Notes: generated from the sequence alone by a model not told the origin. A DNA stretch of 64,000 bases from an uncultured Alphaproteobacteria bacterium (GCA_905233975.1 CAJOGD010000001.1:162635-226634), one strand, 5' to 3'; counted from the stretch's first letter, positions 50,001-60,147 are shown. Numbers and translations are program-made.

Positions 50001-51182
50001 GTGAAAGAAAAAAAGCGTTCTTTTATTCGTCGATTTTTTGCCTGGGTTTGGCGGCATAAATGGTGGTCGCTTTGTGCGGTAATTCTTTTGTTGGCGGGTG
50101 GTGTGTGGTGGATTATCGCAAGCATCGGCGACAAAGTTGAATACGTGACCGTTGGCGTCACGCGTGGCGATATACGACATGTTGTCACCGCAACCGGCGA
50201 AATAAATCCGGTGAATACGGTAAGCGTCGGTTCGCAAGTGTCGGGCACAATCGCGGATATTTACGTCGATTACAATTCGCATGTTACAAAAGGGCAATTG
50301 TTGTTGGAAATCGAACCGTCTGTATTACAGGCCACCGTTGACGAAGCACGCGCCGCATTGGATTCGGCGAAATCACAATTAAACCTTGCGCGGAATGATT
50401 ACGAACGGAATAAAACGCTTTATGATTCCGGATATATTGCGCGCGCAGAAATGGAACAATCGCAAACGAATTACGAACAGGCGTTGCAAAGTGTAAAACG
50501 TATGGAATCGCAATACGAACGCGCGGTGACGAACCTTTCGTATGCAACGATAACTTCGCCGGTTGATGGCACCGTTATTTCGCGCAAGGTTGATAAAGGT
50601 CAAACAGTTGCGGCGTCTTTCCAAACACCGGATTTATTCGAAATCGCCGAAGATTTATCGAAAATGCAAATTGAAACCGCGGTATCAGAGGCCGATATTG
50701 GTGTTATCAAAGAAGGTCAAAATGTGACATTTACCGTTGACGCATATCCGCGCAAAACATTCAACGGTATTGTGAAACAGGTTCGTCTGTCGCCGACAAC
50801 AACATCTAATGTCGTCGTTTACACCGTTGTAATAGATGTCGATAACGCGGATTTAAGCCTTATGCCCGGAATGACCGCATTTGTGACGATAATGATAGAT
50901 GCGGCAAATGATGTTTTGAAAACGCAAAATGCCGCGTTTCTTGTTCGCAATTTTAAAAACATTATCACAGATACGCCTGATAACGTAAGCCCAACCGAAT
51001 ACATTGCCGTTTTGCGTGATGATAAACCGGTTTTTATCAAATATCACAAAGGCATTATTACCGCAACCGAAACACAAATTGTATCCGACGAATTAAAACC
51101 CGATGACCGAATTATCGTTGGTCGTGTCGGTCAATCAACAAGTTCCGCCGCCACCCAGGCGCGTCGCAGGGGACCATTTTAA
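50001..51182 (+). CDS. Efflux transporter periplasmic adaptor (HlyD/MacA family)
   Basis: N-terminal TM, then coiled-coil, lipoyl and beta-barrel domains. Confidence 0.75.
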   Translation: MKEKKRSFIRRFFAWVWRHKWWSLCAVILLLAGGVWWIIASIGDKVEYVTVGVTRGDIRHVVTATGEINPVNTVSVGSQVSGTIADIYVDYNSHVTKGQLLLEIEPSVLQATVDEARAALDSAKSQLNLARNDYERNKTLYDSGYIARAEMEQSQTNYEQALQSVKRMESQYERAVTNLSYATITSPVDGTVISRKVDKGQTVAASFQTPDLFEIAEDLSKMQIETAVSEADIGVIKEGQNVTFTVDAYPRKTFNGIVKQVRLSPTTTSNVVVYTVVIDVDNADLSLMPGMTAFVTIMIDAANDVLKTQNAAFLVRNFKNIITDTPDNVSPTEYIAVLRDDKPVFIKYHKGIITATETQIVSDELKPDDRIIVGRVGQSTSSAATQARRRGPF

Positions 51183-51187
51183 AGCCA

Positions 51188-51922
51188 ATGAAAAAGACAC
51201 AAAACATAATTTCAATGAACAAAATTTGTAAAAGTTTCCCACTTGAAATCGGTGGTGTGCAACAGGTTTTATTCGACATAAATTTTGATATTTCCGCGGG
51301 TGAATTTGTTGCGATTATGGGGCCATCGGGGTCGGGAAAATCAACATGCATGAATATCATCGGTGCGCTTGATACGCCGACATCCGGCGTGTACGAACTT
51401 TATGGGAAAAATATAACGAATATGACGCCGGACGAACTGGCAATAATTCGCAACGAATATATCGGATTTGTTTTTCAAAATTTTAATTTACTGTCAAAGC
51501 GAAATGTGTTGGACAATGTTATGTTGCCATTGATGTATCGTGGAATATCGCCGGCTGAGCGAATCCGCCGTTCGCGCGAAATGTTGCGACGTGTCGGACT
51601 TGAAAATTTTGAAACATATTTGCCAACGCAACTTTCGGGTGGAATGAAGCAACGTGTTGCGATCGCGCGCGCATTGGCTGGTGACCCAAAATTAATTTTG
51701 GCAGACGAACCAACGGGTGCACTGGATTCCAAAATGGGGAACGAGATTTTGCGATTTTTCAAAAAACTAAATGATGAAATGGGAATAACAATAGTAATGA
51801 TAACGCATGAATTTGATACAGCGCAATATGCAAAACGTCTTATACACATTTATGACGGACGGATAAATTATGATGGCGCGGTTCCAAAAAGCGAAGACGC
51901 ACTAAACCGGAAAACAAAATGA
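51188..51922 (+). CDS. ABC transporter ATP-binding protein (MacB/LolD type)
   Basis: Walker A GPSGSGKST, ABC signature LSGGMKQR, Walker B ILADEPT. Confidence 0.85.
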   Translation: MKKTQNIISMNKICKSFPLEIGGVQQVLFDINFDISAGEFVAIMGPSGSGKSTCMNIIGALDTPTSGVYELYGKNITNMTPDELAIIRNEYIGFVFQNFNLLSKRNVLDNVMLPLMYRGISPAERIRRSREMLRRVGLENFETYLPTQLSGGMKQRVAIARALAGDPKLILADEPTGALDSKMGNEILRFFKKLNDEMGITIVMITHEFDTAQYAKRLIHIYDGRINYDGAVPKSEDALNRKTK

Positions 51923-53136
51923 CATTTAATGACATAATAAAAGAATCGTGGCTTTCAATAAGCGCCAATAAAATCCGTTCGTTTTTAACGGTGCTGGGCA
52001 TAATTATTGGCGTGTTGGCGGTTGTGATAATGGTTGCGGTTGGCGAAACGGTGCAAACCGAAATAACGGATCAGTTTTCATCACTTGGCACAAATACAAT
52101 TGTGATACGCGCGGGCGCGGCACGAATTGGCGGTGTGCGCAGTGGAAATCTGCAAACACTTACGACGGATGATGCGGCGATAATTGCAAGGTTGCCCGAT
52201 GTTGCGGCAATCACCCCGGTTCAGGCATCGGCCGCACATGTTGTTTATGGAAACAAAAACTGGGCAACATCAATGATTGGTGTGTATCCGGATTATACAA
52301 CGGTGCAAAGTGTTGATATTGAATATGGCGCATTCTTTGACGACAGTGCCGTTCGTAATGCATCAACATACGCGGTAATCGGTCCCAAGACGGCCACTGA
52401 ACTCGGCATGGATAAAAACCCTGTGGGCGAAGTAATTCGTATTCAAAATGTGCCATTTGTTATTGTGGGCGTTGCTAAAGAACGCGGCGATACCGCGATG
52501 GGTTCCCAAGATGATATGGTCATGATACCGATTACAACATTAAAAAAACGACTCCAGGGAAGTAAATTTCCAAATTCGGTCAGTATGATTGCACTTAAAC
52601 TTTTCCAAGACGCCGATAATTCCGTTGTGATTGACCAGATTTCCGCCCTGCTCCGCGATCGCCACAGATTGAAAGACGGCGACGAAGATGACTTTCAAAT
52701 TATGGACATGCGACAAATAATGGAAACTATGACAACCGTTACGGGTTATTTGAAATTGTTATTAATAGCGATTGCGGCGGTATCTCTGCTCGTCGGCGCG
52801 ATTGGCATTATGAACATGATGTTGGTGTCGGTCGCAGAACGCACACGCGAAATCGGTATTCGCAAGGCAATCGGCGCGCGCGAACGCCACATAATAACGC
52901 AATTTTTGGCCGAATCCATTATGATATCTTTTATCGGTTCAATGATTGGTCTTGTCCTGGGCGTCGGCCTATCCCAAGGTGTCGGGCGTTTTATGCTTGG
53001 TTATAATGTCCCGTTTAGTTTATGGCCCGTAGTGCTTTCGATAACCGTCGCGGTTGTCGTTGGCCTTGCGTCCGGCGTGGTCCCGGCAATAAAAGCCGCA
53101 AAACTAAACCCAATTGACAGTCTGCGATATGAATAA
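51919..53136 (+). CDS. ABC transporter permease (FtsX/MacB family)
   Basis: N-terminal TM, a large periplasmic domain, and a C-terminal FtsX-type TM bundle. The start overlaps the ATPase stop. Confidence 0.75.
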   Translation: MTFNDIIKESWLSISANKIRSFLTVLGIIIGVLAVVIMVAVGETVQTEITDQFSSLGTNTIVIRAGAARIGGVRSGNLQTLTTDDAAIIARLPDVAAITPVQASAAHVVYGNKNWATSMIGVYPDYTTVQSVDIEYGAFFDDSAVRNASTYAVIGPKTATELGMDKNPVGEVIRIQNVPFVIVGVAKERGDTAMGSQDDMVMIPITTLKKRLQGSKFPNSVSMIALKLFQDADNSVVIDQISALLRDRHRLKDGDEDDFQIMDMRQIMETMTTVTGYLKLLLIAIAAVSLLVGAIGIMNMMLVSVAERTREIGIRKAIGARERHIITQFLAESIMISFIGSMIGLVLGVGLSQGVGRFMLGYNVPFSLWPVVLSITVAVVVGLASGVVPAIKAAKLNPIDSLRYE

Positions 53137-53137
53137 T

Positions 53138-54004
53138 TTATTTTGATAATTTTTCATACATTGCCGATAGAAATGGAATATCGACCCTAACCTCGTTCGC
53201 CTTGGTGACAAGTGCGGCAAGTGCTGATAATCCTTCGACGGTGCCAATGGGCTTTTCGCCCTTTGCAAGCGCAACACCCGCAGAAAAATTACGGCTTGTT
53301 GTCGATGTGGCGGTCAGCAATAAATCACCAAGCCCACAAAAATCAAGAAATGTTTTCTCCAGGGCGCCCAATTTTAACCCCAATCGAACAACATCGTTCC
53401 ACGTGGTCGTCATGGAAAGCGCGGATTCGTTTTCCCCCCTGCCCTTGACTTTAACATAACCACTAATCACAGAAACCGCATTTTTACCAACGCCACAAAG
53501 AATAGTTCCAATGACATCGTCAGTATAGCTTAGGTATAATTGGTTAAACACCTTTTCGCCGATATTGTGAATCTTGTCACTGCCTGCAAGTGTTGAACCC
53601 GTTGGGACGCCATGTGCAACCTCGCCCGCGAATTGCGGCCCCGATAAAACACCAATGTTTTGCTTGGCGGGTTTGATTGTTTCATACAAAACCTCGGTCA
53701 TGAATTTACCGGTTTTCGGTTCCGCGCCCTTGGTGCAAATAATAATCGGTTGACCGGCATAAAAATCTTTGGCCTTTGCCATGGTATCACGAAAGAAAGC
53801 CGCCGGTGTGACCGCAATCCATGTATCACAGTCTTGCAAATCGCCCATATTCATCGTCACAATCACGCGTTGTGGTAAATCGATACCATCAAAATGTTCA
53901 TAGTTTCCTTCGAACGACCACAAAACAACATCGTTTCCGCCACGCGCAACAGTATGTGCAAGCGCACTGCCCCATGCTCCTGCGCCTATGATTCCTACTT
54001 TCAT
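53138..54004 (-). CDS. gpsA: Glycerol-3-phosphate dehydrogenase [NAD(P)+]
   Basis: Rossmann motif KVGIIGAGAWGSALA and GpsA-like catalytic region. Confidence 0.7.
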   Translation of the reverse strand: MKVGIIGAGAWGSALAHTVARGGNDVVLWSFEGNYEHFDGIDLPQRVIVTMNMGDLQDCDTWIAVTPAAFFRDTMAKAKDFYAGQPIIICTKGAEPKTGKFMTEVLYETIKPAKQNIGVLSGPQFAGEVAHGVPTGSTLAGSDKIHNIGEKVFNQLYLSYTDDVIGTILCGVGKNAVSVISGYVKVKGRGENESALSMTTTWNDVVRLGLKLGALEKTFLDFCGLGDLLLTATSTTSRNFSAGVALAKGEKPIGTVEGLSALAALVTKANEVRVDIPFLSAMYEKLSK

Positions 54005-55611
54005 TTTATTTTCCTTATTTTTTTCTGTATATTTGGCACGACAACCAAACCATCTTCGGACAATTCAATTGCCCGATTATACGCCTCTCGTGCAAGGCCC
54101 GGCTTGCCCGCGGCCACATATGCGTCACCCAAATGTTCAAACAGCGATGAACACGAATTTGCGGTTCCTGCAATCTTTTCAAGTATATCCAATGCCTCGT
54201 CATTCCCTTCGCGGACCGATACAACAACCGCAACGGTATCCCACGCAAATATGTCCATAGGGTCGAGTTTAACCATTGCCATGGCATAGGTATAGGCCTC
54301 TTCTATTTCGCGTTCCTGGGCGGCCCAGATTCGTGCCTGAATAGCCAATATTTCTGGGTCCGGTATTTGGGCTTTTGCAATTTCTCGAATATCGCTTTGG
54401 GCGCGCTCATAATCGCCGAACATCATATAAACAAATGCGCGTTTCTTCATCAGGTATGCACGCCCCGATTCAGAAAGATTTTCATTATCCAACGTGCGAT
54501 TTATCACGCGCAAGGCATGTGATTTGTCCCCTGCCCTGATATGTGCCGCAACGATTTTGTTAAGCGCGGGAATAAACAACTGGTGCGCCCGCAAAATCTT
54601 TTCAATTTCAATAATGGAATCTGTGGTTTTCATTTTTGCGAACAGATAGAACGGACTATCCGCCGAAATAGAATTAAAATAATGTGCATAATTTCCATGT
54701 GTGTTCGCAAAAAACTGTCCGGTGTAGTAATTTATCATGTCTTGAAAGAATTGCGAATCTTGACCGATTATTTGCGCAAAACGCAACATTAACACCGAAA
54801 GATCGGAATAAAGCATTACTTGCGAATGCGAAACATTTTGAATCACATTAAAGGCCAATTCGTTCTTGGTGCCCGCAAAGGTCGTTTTCCAATCCGGAAT
54901 ATCGTCATAGTAAGACAAAAACATTCCGCCCGGTGTTGCGGAAAAACTTTGTTTCAAAATCTCTGCGTTTTCATTCATGCCATGTGTGCGATAAAACGAC
55001 ATGATATAGATATAATCGTTCATGTTCATAAAATCCGTACGAACATTGGCAAACGCGCCAGCGGCCTTTTCGAAATCGCCAGATTCTGCATATATTTGGC
55101 CGCGCACGAACATTTTCCACGACGGATTAGATTCTAACTTTTCTATATATTTTAAAACGTCCTTTGTGTGCCCTGCCCCGACGCCGGACCAAATACGAAA
55201 AGGCGCATATATCGTAAGCTTGTCGGCGTGGTGCCGTTTGTACAGGTCGGCCCAACGATTGTTTTTGGCCAGGTACGCGTCGTATATAATTTTTGCCGCA
55301 ATGCCCTTTTCGTCGGCAAGTTTTTTCACGTCCTTTGGAATGTCGCCAGACAGGAAATCGACCAATGCACGCGTATCTTGGACAACGCCATATTCGACAT
55401 CGTTAACACCGTCCATAAATTCTTTAGCTTTATCAAAATCATTCGCGTAAACCGCATGCTGGGCGGCCAAGAAATCGCCGTATTTGCAAGATTCGGTTTC
55501 GTTTGTATCCGGTAATTTTTCCGCCGAAAAAATATGCAGGGACGCGACGTAGATTAAAACTCCGACTATTGTGAATAACCCGCAAAAAAATAACGTTTTT
55601 AATTTTGTCAT
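54001..55611 (-). CDS. Membrane-anchored TPR-repeat protein (536 aa)
   Basis: N-terminal TM followed by many TPR-like repeats. Confidence 0.55.
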   Translation of the reverse strand: MTKLKTLFFCGLFTIVGVLIYVASLHIFSAEKLPDTNETESCKYGDFLAAQHAVYANDFDKAKEFMDGVNDVEYGVVQDTRALVDFLSGDIPKDVKKLADEKGIAAKIIYDAYLAKNNRWADLYKRHHADKLTIYAPFRIWSGVGAGHTKDVLKYIEKLESNPSWKMFVRGQIYAESGDFEKAAGAFANVRTDFMNMNDYIYIMSFYRTHGMNENAEILKQSFSATPGGMFLSYYDDIPDWKTTFAGTKNELAFNVIQNVSHSQVMLYSDLSVLMLRFAQIIGQDSQFFQDMINYYTGQFFANTHGNYAHYFNSISADSPFYLFAKMKTTDSIIEIEKILRAHQLFIPALNKIVAAHIRAGDKSHALRVINRTLDNENLSESGRAYLMKKRAFVYMMFGDYERAQSDIREIAKAQIPDPEILAIQARIWAAQEREIEEAYTYAMAMVKLDPMDIFAWDTVAVVVSVREGNDEALDILEKIAGTANSCSSLFEHLGDAYVAAGKPGLAREAYNRAIELSEDGLVVVPNIQKKIRKIK

Positions 55612-55637
55612 TTGTGAAAATATGCTACAATAATAAT

Positions 55638-56210
55638 ATGAATAGTAAAGAAAAATTTATACGCTATGCGGAAATTCTGCGCGATTGGAATTCGCGAATG
55701 AATCTTGTTGCGCGCGGCACGTTGGACGATATTGAAAACCGGCATTTTGCGGATTCGGCGCAGCTTGCGGACGTTTTGCCAACGGGCGTCCATGTTATCG
55801 ATTTTGGGTCTGGGGCCGGGTTCCCGGGTGTGGTTTTGGCGATTTTGGGCTGGCACGTGACATGTATCGAATCGATTGGCAAAAAAGTATCTTTTCTAAA
55901 TGAATTAAAAACGAAACTTGAACTTGAAAATCTAACAATTTATCATGGGCGGGTTGAAGACTTTTTGCCGGGCTTTTTGAACAAAAATGCAAAAAAAGCC
56001 GGGGATTTTGTTATAACCGCACGTGCTTTCGCGTCACTTGTAAAGATTTTAGATTATGTTCGGGGGATAAATTGCCGGCTTTTTTTGCTAAAAGGCCGGG
56101 AAATAGAAAGTGAAATTGCTGACGCAAAAAAGAAATATCGGTTTGATTATGAATTGACGCCATCGAAAACGGGCGACGGTTTTGTAATAAGTGTGCGATT
56201 CGGATTATAA
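55638..56210 (+). CDS. rsmG: 16S rRNA (guanine527-N7)-methyltransferase RsmG (GidB)
   Basis: SAM motif VIDFGSGAGFPG. It lies upstream of parA-parB. The start was set at MNSKEKFIRY. Confidence 0.8.
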   Translation: MNSKEKFIRYAEILRDWNSRMNLVARGTLDDIENRHFADSAQLADVLPTGVHVIDFGSGAGFPGVVLAILGWHVTCIESIGKKVSFLNELKTKLELENLTIYHGRVEDFLPGFLNKNAKKAGDFVITARAFASLVKILDYVRGINCRLFLLKGREIESEIADAKKKYRFDYELTPSKTGDGFVISVRFGL

Positions 56211-56329
56211 TTTCATGTGAAATAACGATTAGCGTATTGATTTTACGGCATTTTTTAATTTTGTTTTTTATTTCTTGATTCTGGGGCGGTTCGTTTATAT
56301 ACTGCAACAAAAAGAACGAAGGAAAGGAT

Positions 56330-57103
56330 ATGACGGAAATAATCGCGTTTGCAAATCAAAAAGGTGGCGTTGGCAAAACCACGACGGCAATAAATTTGGG
56401 TGCTTCGCTTGCGGCGATAAAAAAACGGGTTTTGTTGATAGATTTGGATTCCCAGGGTAATGCCGGGACGGGTCTTGGGTTTGTGCGTTCTTCACACACG
56501 CAAAGTGTCTATGATGTAATTATGGGTGTGTCGGGCGTTGCGGAAAATATACTTTCGACCGCGGTCCCGGGCATGCACATCTTGCCATCGACCCAGGCAC
56601 TTGCCGGGGCCGAGGTTGAATTGCTGGACATGGAAAACAAAGAATATCGTCTGCGTGATGCGTTGCAACCGATAATGGAACACTATGATTATATTTTGTT
56701 GGATTGCCCACCAAATTTGGGGTATATAACGCTTAATGCGCTGACTACGGCAAATCATGTGATTATACCGCTGCAGTGCGAGTTCTTTGCTCTGGAGGGG
56801 GTTTTGCACCTTATAAATACAATCAAAGGTATTCGGGAAAAGTGGAATCCAAATTTAGATGTGTTGGGCGTTTTGCTGACCATGTACGATCGGCGGTATG
56901 GCATGACGCGTGATGTCGAAGACAATGTTCGCGAAACGTTCGGTGATTTGGTGTTCAAAACGGTTGTCCCGCGCAATGTCCGCGTGGCCGAGGCGCCAAG
57001 TCATGGCAAACCGGCACTGTTTTACGATTTTAATTCAAGCGGCGCCCAGGCGTATTTGCGCTTTGCGACCGAGGTTATTCAGAAAATAGAAAAGGGGGAA
57101 TAA
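56330..57103 (+). CDS. parA: Chromosome partitioning ATPase ParA
   Basis: Deviant Walker A NQKGGVGKTTT. Confidence 0.9.
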   Translation: MTEIIAFANQKGGVGKTTTAINLGASLAAIKKRVLLIDLDSQGNAGTGLGFVRSSHTQSVYDVIMGVSGVAENILSTAVPGMHILPSTQALAGAEVELLDMENKEYRLRDALQPIMEHYDYILLDCPPNLGYITLNALTTANHVIIPLQCEFFALEGVLHLINTIKGIREKWNPNLDVLGVLLTMYDRRYGMTRDVEDNVRETFGDLVFKTVVPRNVRVAEAPSHGKPALFYDFNSSGAQAYLRFATEVIQKIEKGE

Positions 57104-57104
57104 T

Positions 57105-57989
57105 ATGGGAAAATTTGGCCTTGGACGGAATTTAACGGATTTACAGACTGAAATGGGCGTGGCGCCGGAAATATCGATATTAAACGGCGCCGAACGTGTT
57201 GTTGTGCGGCAAATCCCGATGGCGCAAATCGGTGTGAACCCTGACCAACCGCGCAAGACATTTACTCCCGAAGATTTGGCGGATTTGTCGGCGTCTATAA
57301 AAGAGAAGGGCGTGTTGCAGCCGATTCTGTTGCGTTCGGTTAAAAATCGGCCGTATATGTATGAAATTGTCGCGGGCGAACGCCGCTATCGCGCAAGTAA
57401 AATGGCGGGCCTCTCCGAAATTCCGGCGTTGGTAAAGAATTTGGCGGACAATAATGCGATGGAAATCGCGCTGATCGAAAACGTGCAACGCGAAAACCTG
57501 AACCCGATAGAGGAGGCCGCGGCGTATGTGAACCTTATGAACAAATGTGAATACAGCATGGCGGACGTGTCTAATTTGATTGGGAAATCCGAAAGTTATA
57601 TCCGGAATTTGGTGCGCCTTAACGGTTTGCCGGTGTCGGTCAAAAAAATGGTAGAGCAGGGCGCACTTTCCGCATCGCACGCGCGTGCGATTGCCGTCGC
57701 CGAAGACCCGGAAAAAATGGCGCGCGAAATTGTAGCGCAAAAATTATCGGTCGCGGACACCGAAAAACGCATGAAAAACGTGGCGCGTTCCGGCCAAAAC
57801 CGCAAGTTTGCAAATAAAACCATGGACACAAAAACCGTCAAAGAATTGACGGCGCGTGCGGGGCGCGCCCTGGGTGCAACGGTCAAAATTACCGAAAAAC
57901 GCGGCGGCGCTGGCGTGATAACAATAAACTTTGACACGCGTAATCAGTTGAACGAAATCATCGACAAAATTGCCGGCCGAATCGCATAA
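57105..57989 (+). CDS. parB: Chromosome partitioning protein ParB
   Basis: ParB box GERRYRA and an HTH region. Confidence 0.9.
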   Translation: MGKFGLGRNLTDLQTEMGVAPEISILNGAERVVVRQIPMAQIGVNPDQPRKTFTPEDLADLSASIKEKGVLQPILLRSVKNRPYMYEIVAGERRYRASKMAGLSEIPALVKNLADNNAMEIALIENVQRENLNPIEEAAAYVNLMNKCEYSMADVSNLIGKSESYIRNLVRLNGLPVSVKKMVEQGALSASHARAIAVAEDPEKMAREIVAQKLSVADTEKRMKNVARSGQNRKFANKTMDTKTVKELTARAGRALGATVKITEKRGGAGVITINFDTRNQLNEIIDKIAGRIA

Positions 57990-58010
57990 AAATATCAAAA
58001 AACCCGGGAA

Positions 58011-58126
58011 GTGCAGTGTAAGTGTTAGTGGTTAGTGATAGTGACGTCATACCGCCCTTCGGCGGTATGACGCGGTTCAGGCAGAACTTACACTAATTAC
58101 TAATACTAATCACTAACACTAACCAC
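58011..58126. mobile_element. MITE-like element (~116 bp). TTAGTG and CACTAA inverted terminal arms surround a perfect hairpin.
   Basis: Left arm gtgcagtgtaagtgttagtggttagtgatagtg. Central hairpin acgtcataccgcccttcggcggtatgacg. Right arm ttacactaattactaatactaatcactaacactaaccac. Confidence 0.65.
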
Positions 58127-58130
58127 TTTT

Positions 58131-58486
58131 TTCACTTGTTTTTTGTTTCTGTTTTTTGATAGAATAGGGGTGTCGGTGGGTGTTCCGCCGGCGGGGTGTC
58201 AAGACCCTTGGGTTCCGGGTGTCCGCGGGGACATAAAATACCTCCAACCAAAAAGTGGTTGGAGGGCGGTGAATATATCGAATAAGCCCACTATTTTCTC
58301 GGAACATAGTCTTGAACCTCCAACCACTAGAAGATTTTCGGTGGTTTCGTTTATTTGTGTGCAAATAAACGAAACAGCAGAGAACCGTCATTCCGGCGAA
58401 TCCGCCGCGGATTGGGTCTCTGCAACACTTAGGAGATACCGCGTCAAGCGCGGTATGACGAGAAAAAAGGAAACAAGGGGAGAAAA
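58131..58486 (+). promoter_or_regulatory. Type-B conserved 5' leader (second copy): extended -10 box plus a ~310-nt structured 5' UTR
   Basis: Box TTTTGATAGAATAG (58157-58168). Hairpin cctccaacc-aaaaagt-ggttggagg (58241-58265). Terminator-like hairpin aaccac..gtggtt plus a U-rich run (58311-58345). Palindromes ccgtcattccggcgaa.. and gagataccgcgtcaagcgcggtatgacg come before SD 'aaggggag'. Confidence 0.6.
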
Positions 58487-59437
58487 ATGCAATTGAAAAA
58501 GTTTTTGATGTTCGGGTTGATGGCGGCGGTGTTGCCGGCGGTGGCGGAAGAGGCCGCAGACCGGAAAACGGCGACGTCATTAAAATACGTCGAACATGAA
58601 CTTGATACGCGTCAGAATAAATTTACCGCGGAACAAAACAAAGCCATGGAATACACCGATTCGGCCGGCGTGGTGCAAAAACGTGCCGTCACGTCGGACC
58701 TGGATAATGGTGGAACCGATTCGTTGCCCATGGTTGGTGGTGTGAATACAAAACTAAACCAAAAACAGGACGACATCGCCGCGGTCAACGACCATACCGC
58801 CGTCACATATACCGGGCAGCCCGGCGGAATAGGGCGGAAAGGAATATATCAGGCCACCGAATCGTATGCCAACCAATCTGATAACCTTATCGACGCCAAA
58901 ACGTTCAACGCGGCACTTAAAAACGGACTTGATAGCGAATTTAAATGCAGGGAAGATAACCGCGATCCAGTGTCCGGACTTTGTTGGCTCTATACGATAC
59001 ATAACACCAGTCCGAATTTGTTTGATAAAAATAATTTAACACGCATATATGGTTATTTCCCATCTAGCGGTTCAGATTGGACGTATGTAACCGCAGGATA
59101 TTCAATAAGAATACCATGTCAGCCAAGCACAACATATACGGCGCGTTATAATGGCAATAGTTCCCAAGTTGTATTATCCTTTGCGTCCACAGGCAGTGAT
59201 GAAATACCATTGGGTGGATCGCGTGTTGCATGCACTAACAGTATTCGGCAAAACAACCCAACAATCGATACGCCAATAACATTCACTACTGGTCCAAATG
59301 ACAAATGGCTAATTGTTCAATACAATGTTAACGAACCACAAAATACCGACATGGCAAACAATCTACAGGTTGAAATTGGTTCAACCGCAACACCGTACGT
59401 TCCATACGGCAGCGTTTACATTCCACAGAACCAATAA
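58487..59437 (+). CDS. Secreted variable-family protein, paralog 4 (ends YIPQNQ)
   Basis: MQLKKFLMFGLMAAVLPAVA signal. The N-terminus is a mosaic of paralogs 2 and 3. The unique C-terminus carries LQVEIGSTATPYVPY, a jelly-roll-like terminal strand. Confidence 0.8.
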   Translation: MQLKKFLMFGLMAAVLPAVAEEAADRKTATSLKYVEHELDTRQNKFTAEQNKAMEYTDSAGVVQKRAVTSDLDNGGTDSLPMVGGVNTKLNQKQDDIAAVNDHTAVTYTGQPGGIGRKGIYQATESYANQSDNLIDAKTFNAALKNGLDSEFKCREDNRDPVSGLCWLYTIHNTSPNLFDKNNLTRIYGYFPSSGSDWTYVTAGYSIRIPCQPSTTYTARYNGNSSQVVLSFASTGSDEIPLGGSRVACTNSIRQNNPTIDTPITFTTGPNDKWLIVQYNVNEPQNTDMANNLQVEIGSTATPYVPYGSVYIPQNQ

Positions 59438-59618
59438 CGTCATACCGCCGAAAATTTGTATGTGAGAACGAGCGTAAGCGAAGTTCAAACAACTACAAAT
59501 TTGCGCGCAGGCTGTAAGCCGAGCGAAATGCGGTATCTTGTCAGTGTTGCAGAGAGTAAAGTCCCCTTCGCTGGCGAAGGGGTGGCGGAAAAAAACACCG
59601 GCGGGTTGCCGGTGCAAG

Positions 59619-59646
59619 AAAAAACGCCCCGACCGGGGCGTTTTTA
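59619..59646. terminator. Bidirectional Rho-independent terminator between paralog 4 and pal
   Basis: aaaaaacgccccgaccggggcgtttttatt. Confidence 0.6.
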
Positions 59647-60063
59647 TTATTTAACGGTCGTTGTGGCGTTACGGTTAAATTTCCAAACCTTTTCGCCTGT
59701 GCCCTTGACCAACGGGCGTTCTTTACCATAAGAAATGGTAGAAATACGTTTCGCGTTAACGCCTTCGTTAACAATAACCTGTTTCGCAGCGTTTGCACGA
59801 CGTGCACCCAGAGCCAAGTTATATTCCCTGGTTCCGCGTTCGTCGCAGTTACCGGCAATTTGAACCTTTACATTGTCGTGTGATTTCAAATATGCCGCCT
59901 GACCCAACAAGTTATCATGCGCCGCATCGGAAATTTCCGAAGAGTTAAACGCAAAGAAAACGCGTTGATTTTCGATTGTTTCCGGCTCAACAATTGTTGA
60001 ACCACCGCACGCCGCCAGAACACCGGCCGCGCCAGCCAATAAAGCAAAGTTTTTTATTTTCAT
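59647..60063 (-). CDS. pal: Peptidoglycan-associated lipoprotein Pal (OmpA family)
   Basis: Lipobox LAACGG. OmpA-like domain NLALGARRANAAKQ. Confidence 0.75.
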   Translation of the reverse strand: MKIKNFALLAGAAGVLAACGGSTIVEPETIENQRVFFAFNSSEISDAAHDNLLGQAAYLKSHDNVKVQIAGNCDERGTREYNLALGARRANAAKQVIVNEGVNAKRISTISYGKERPLVKGTGEKVWKFNRNATTTVK

Positions 60064-60147
60064 GAAAATACTCCCTTGAGTTTATGTTGCTCATGTTATA
60101 GTGTATATTAAAGTTTTGATAAAATCAAGACAAAAGGAATATATTCG

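Noticed and set aside
57180-57998. Reverse-strand ORFs of 186, 113 and 84 aa
   Set aside because: They are antisense to parB and Arg-rich because of GC skew. They are not supported.
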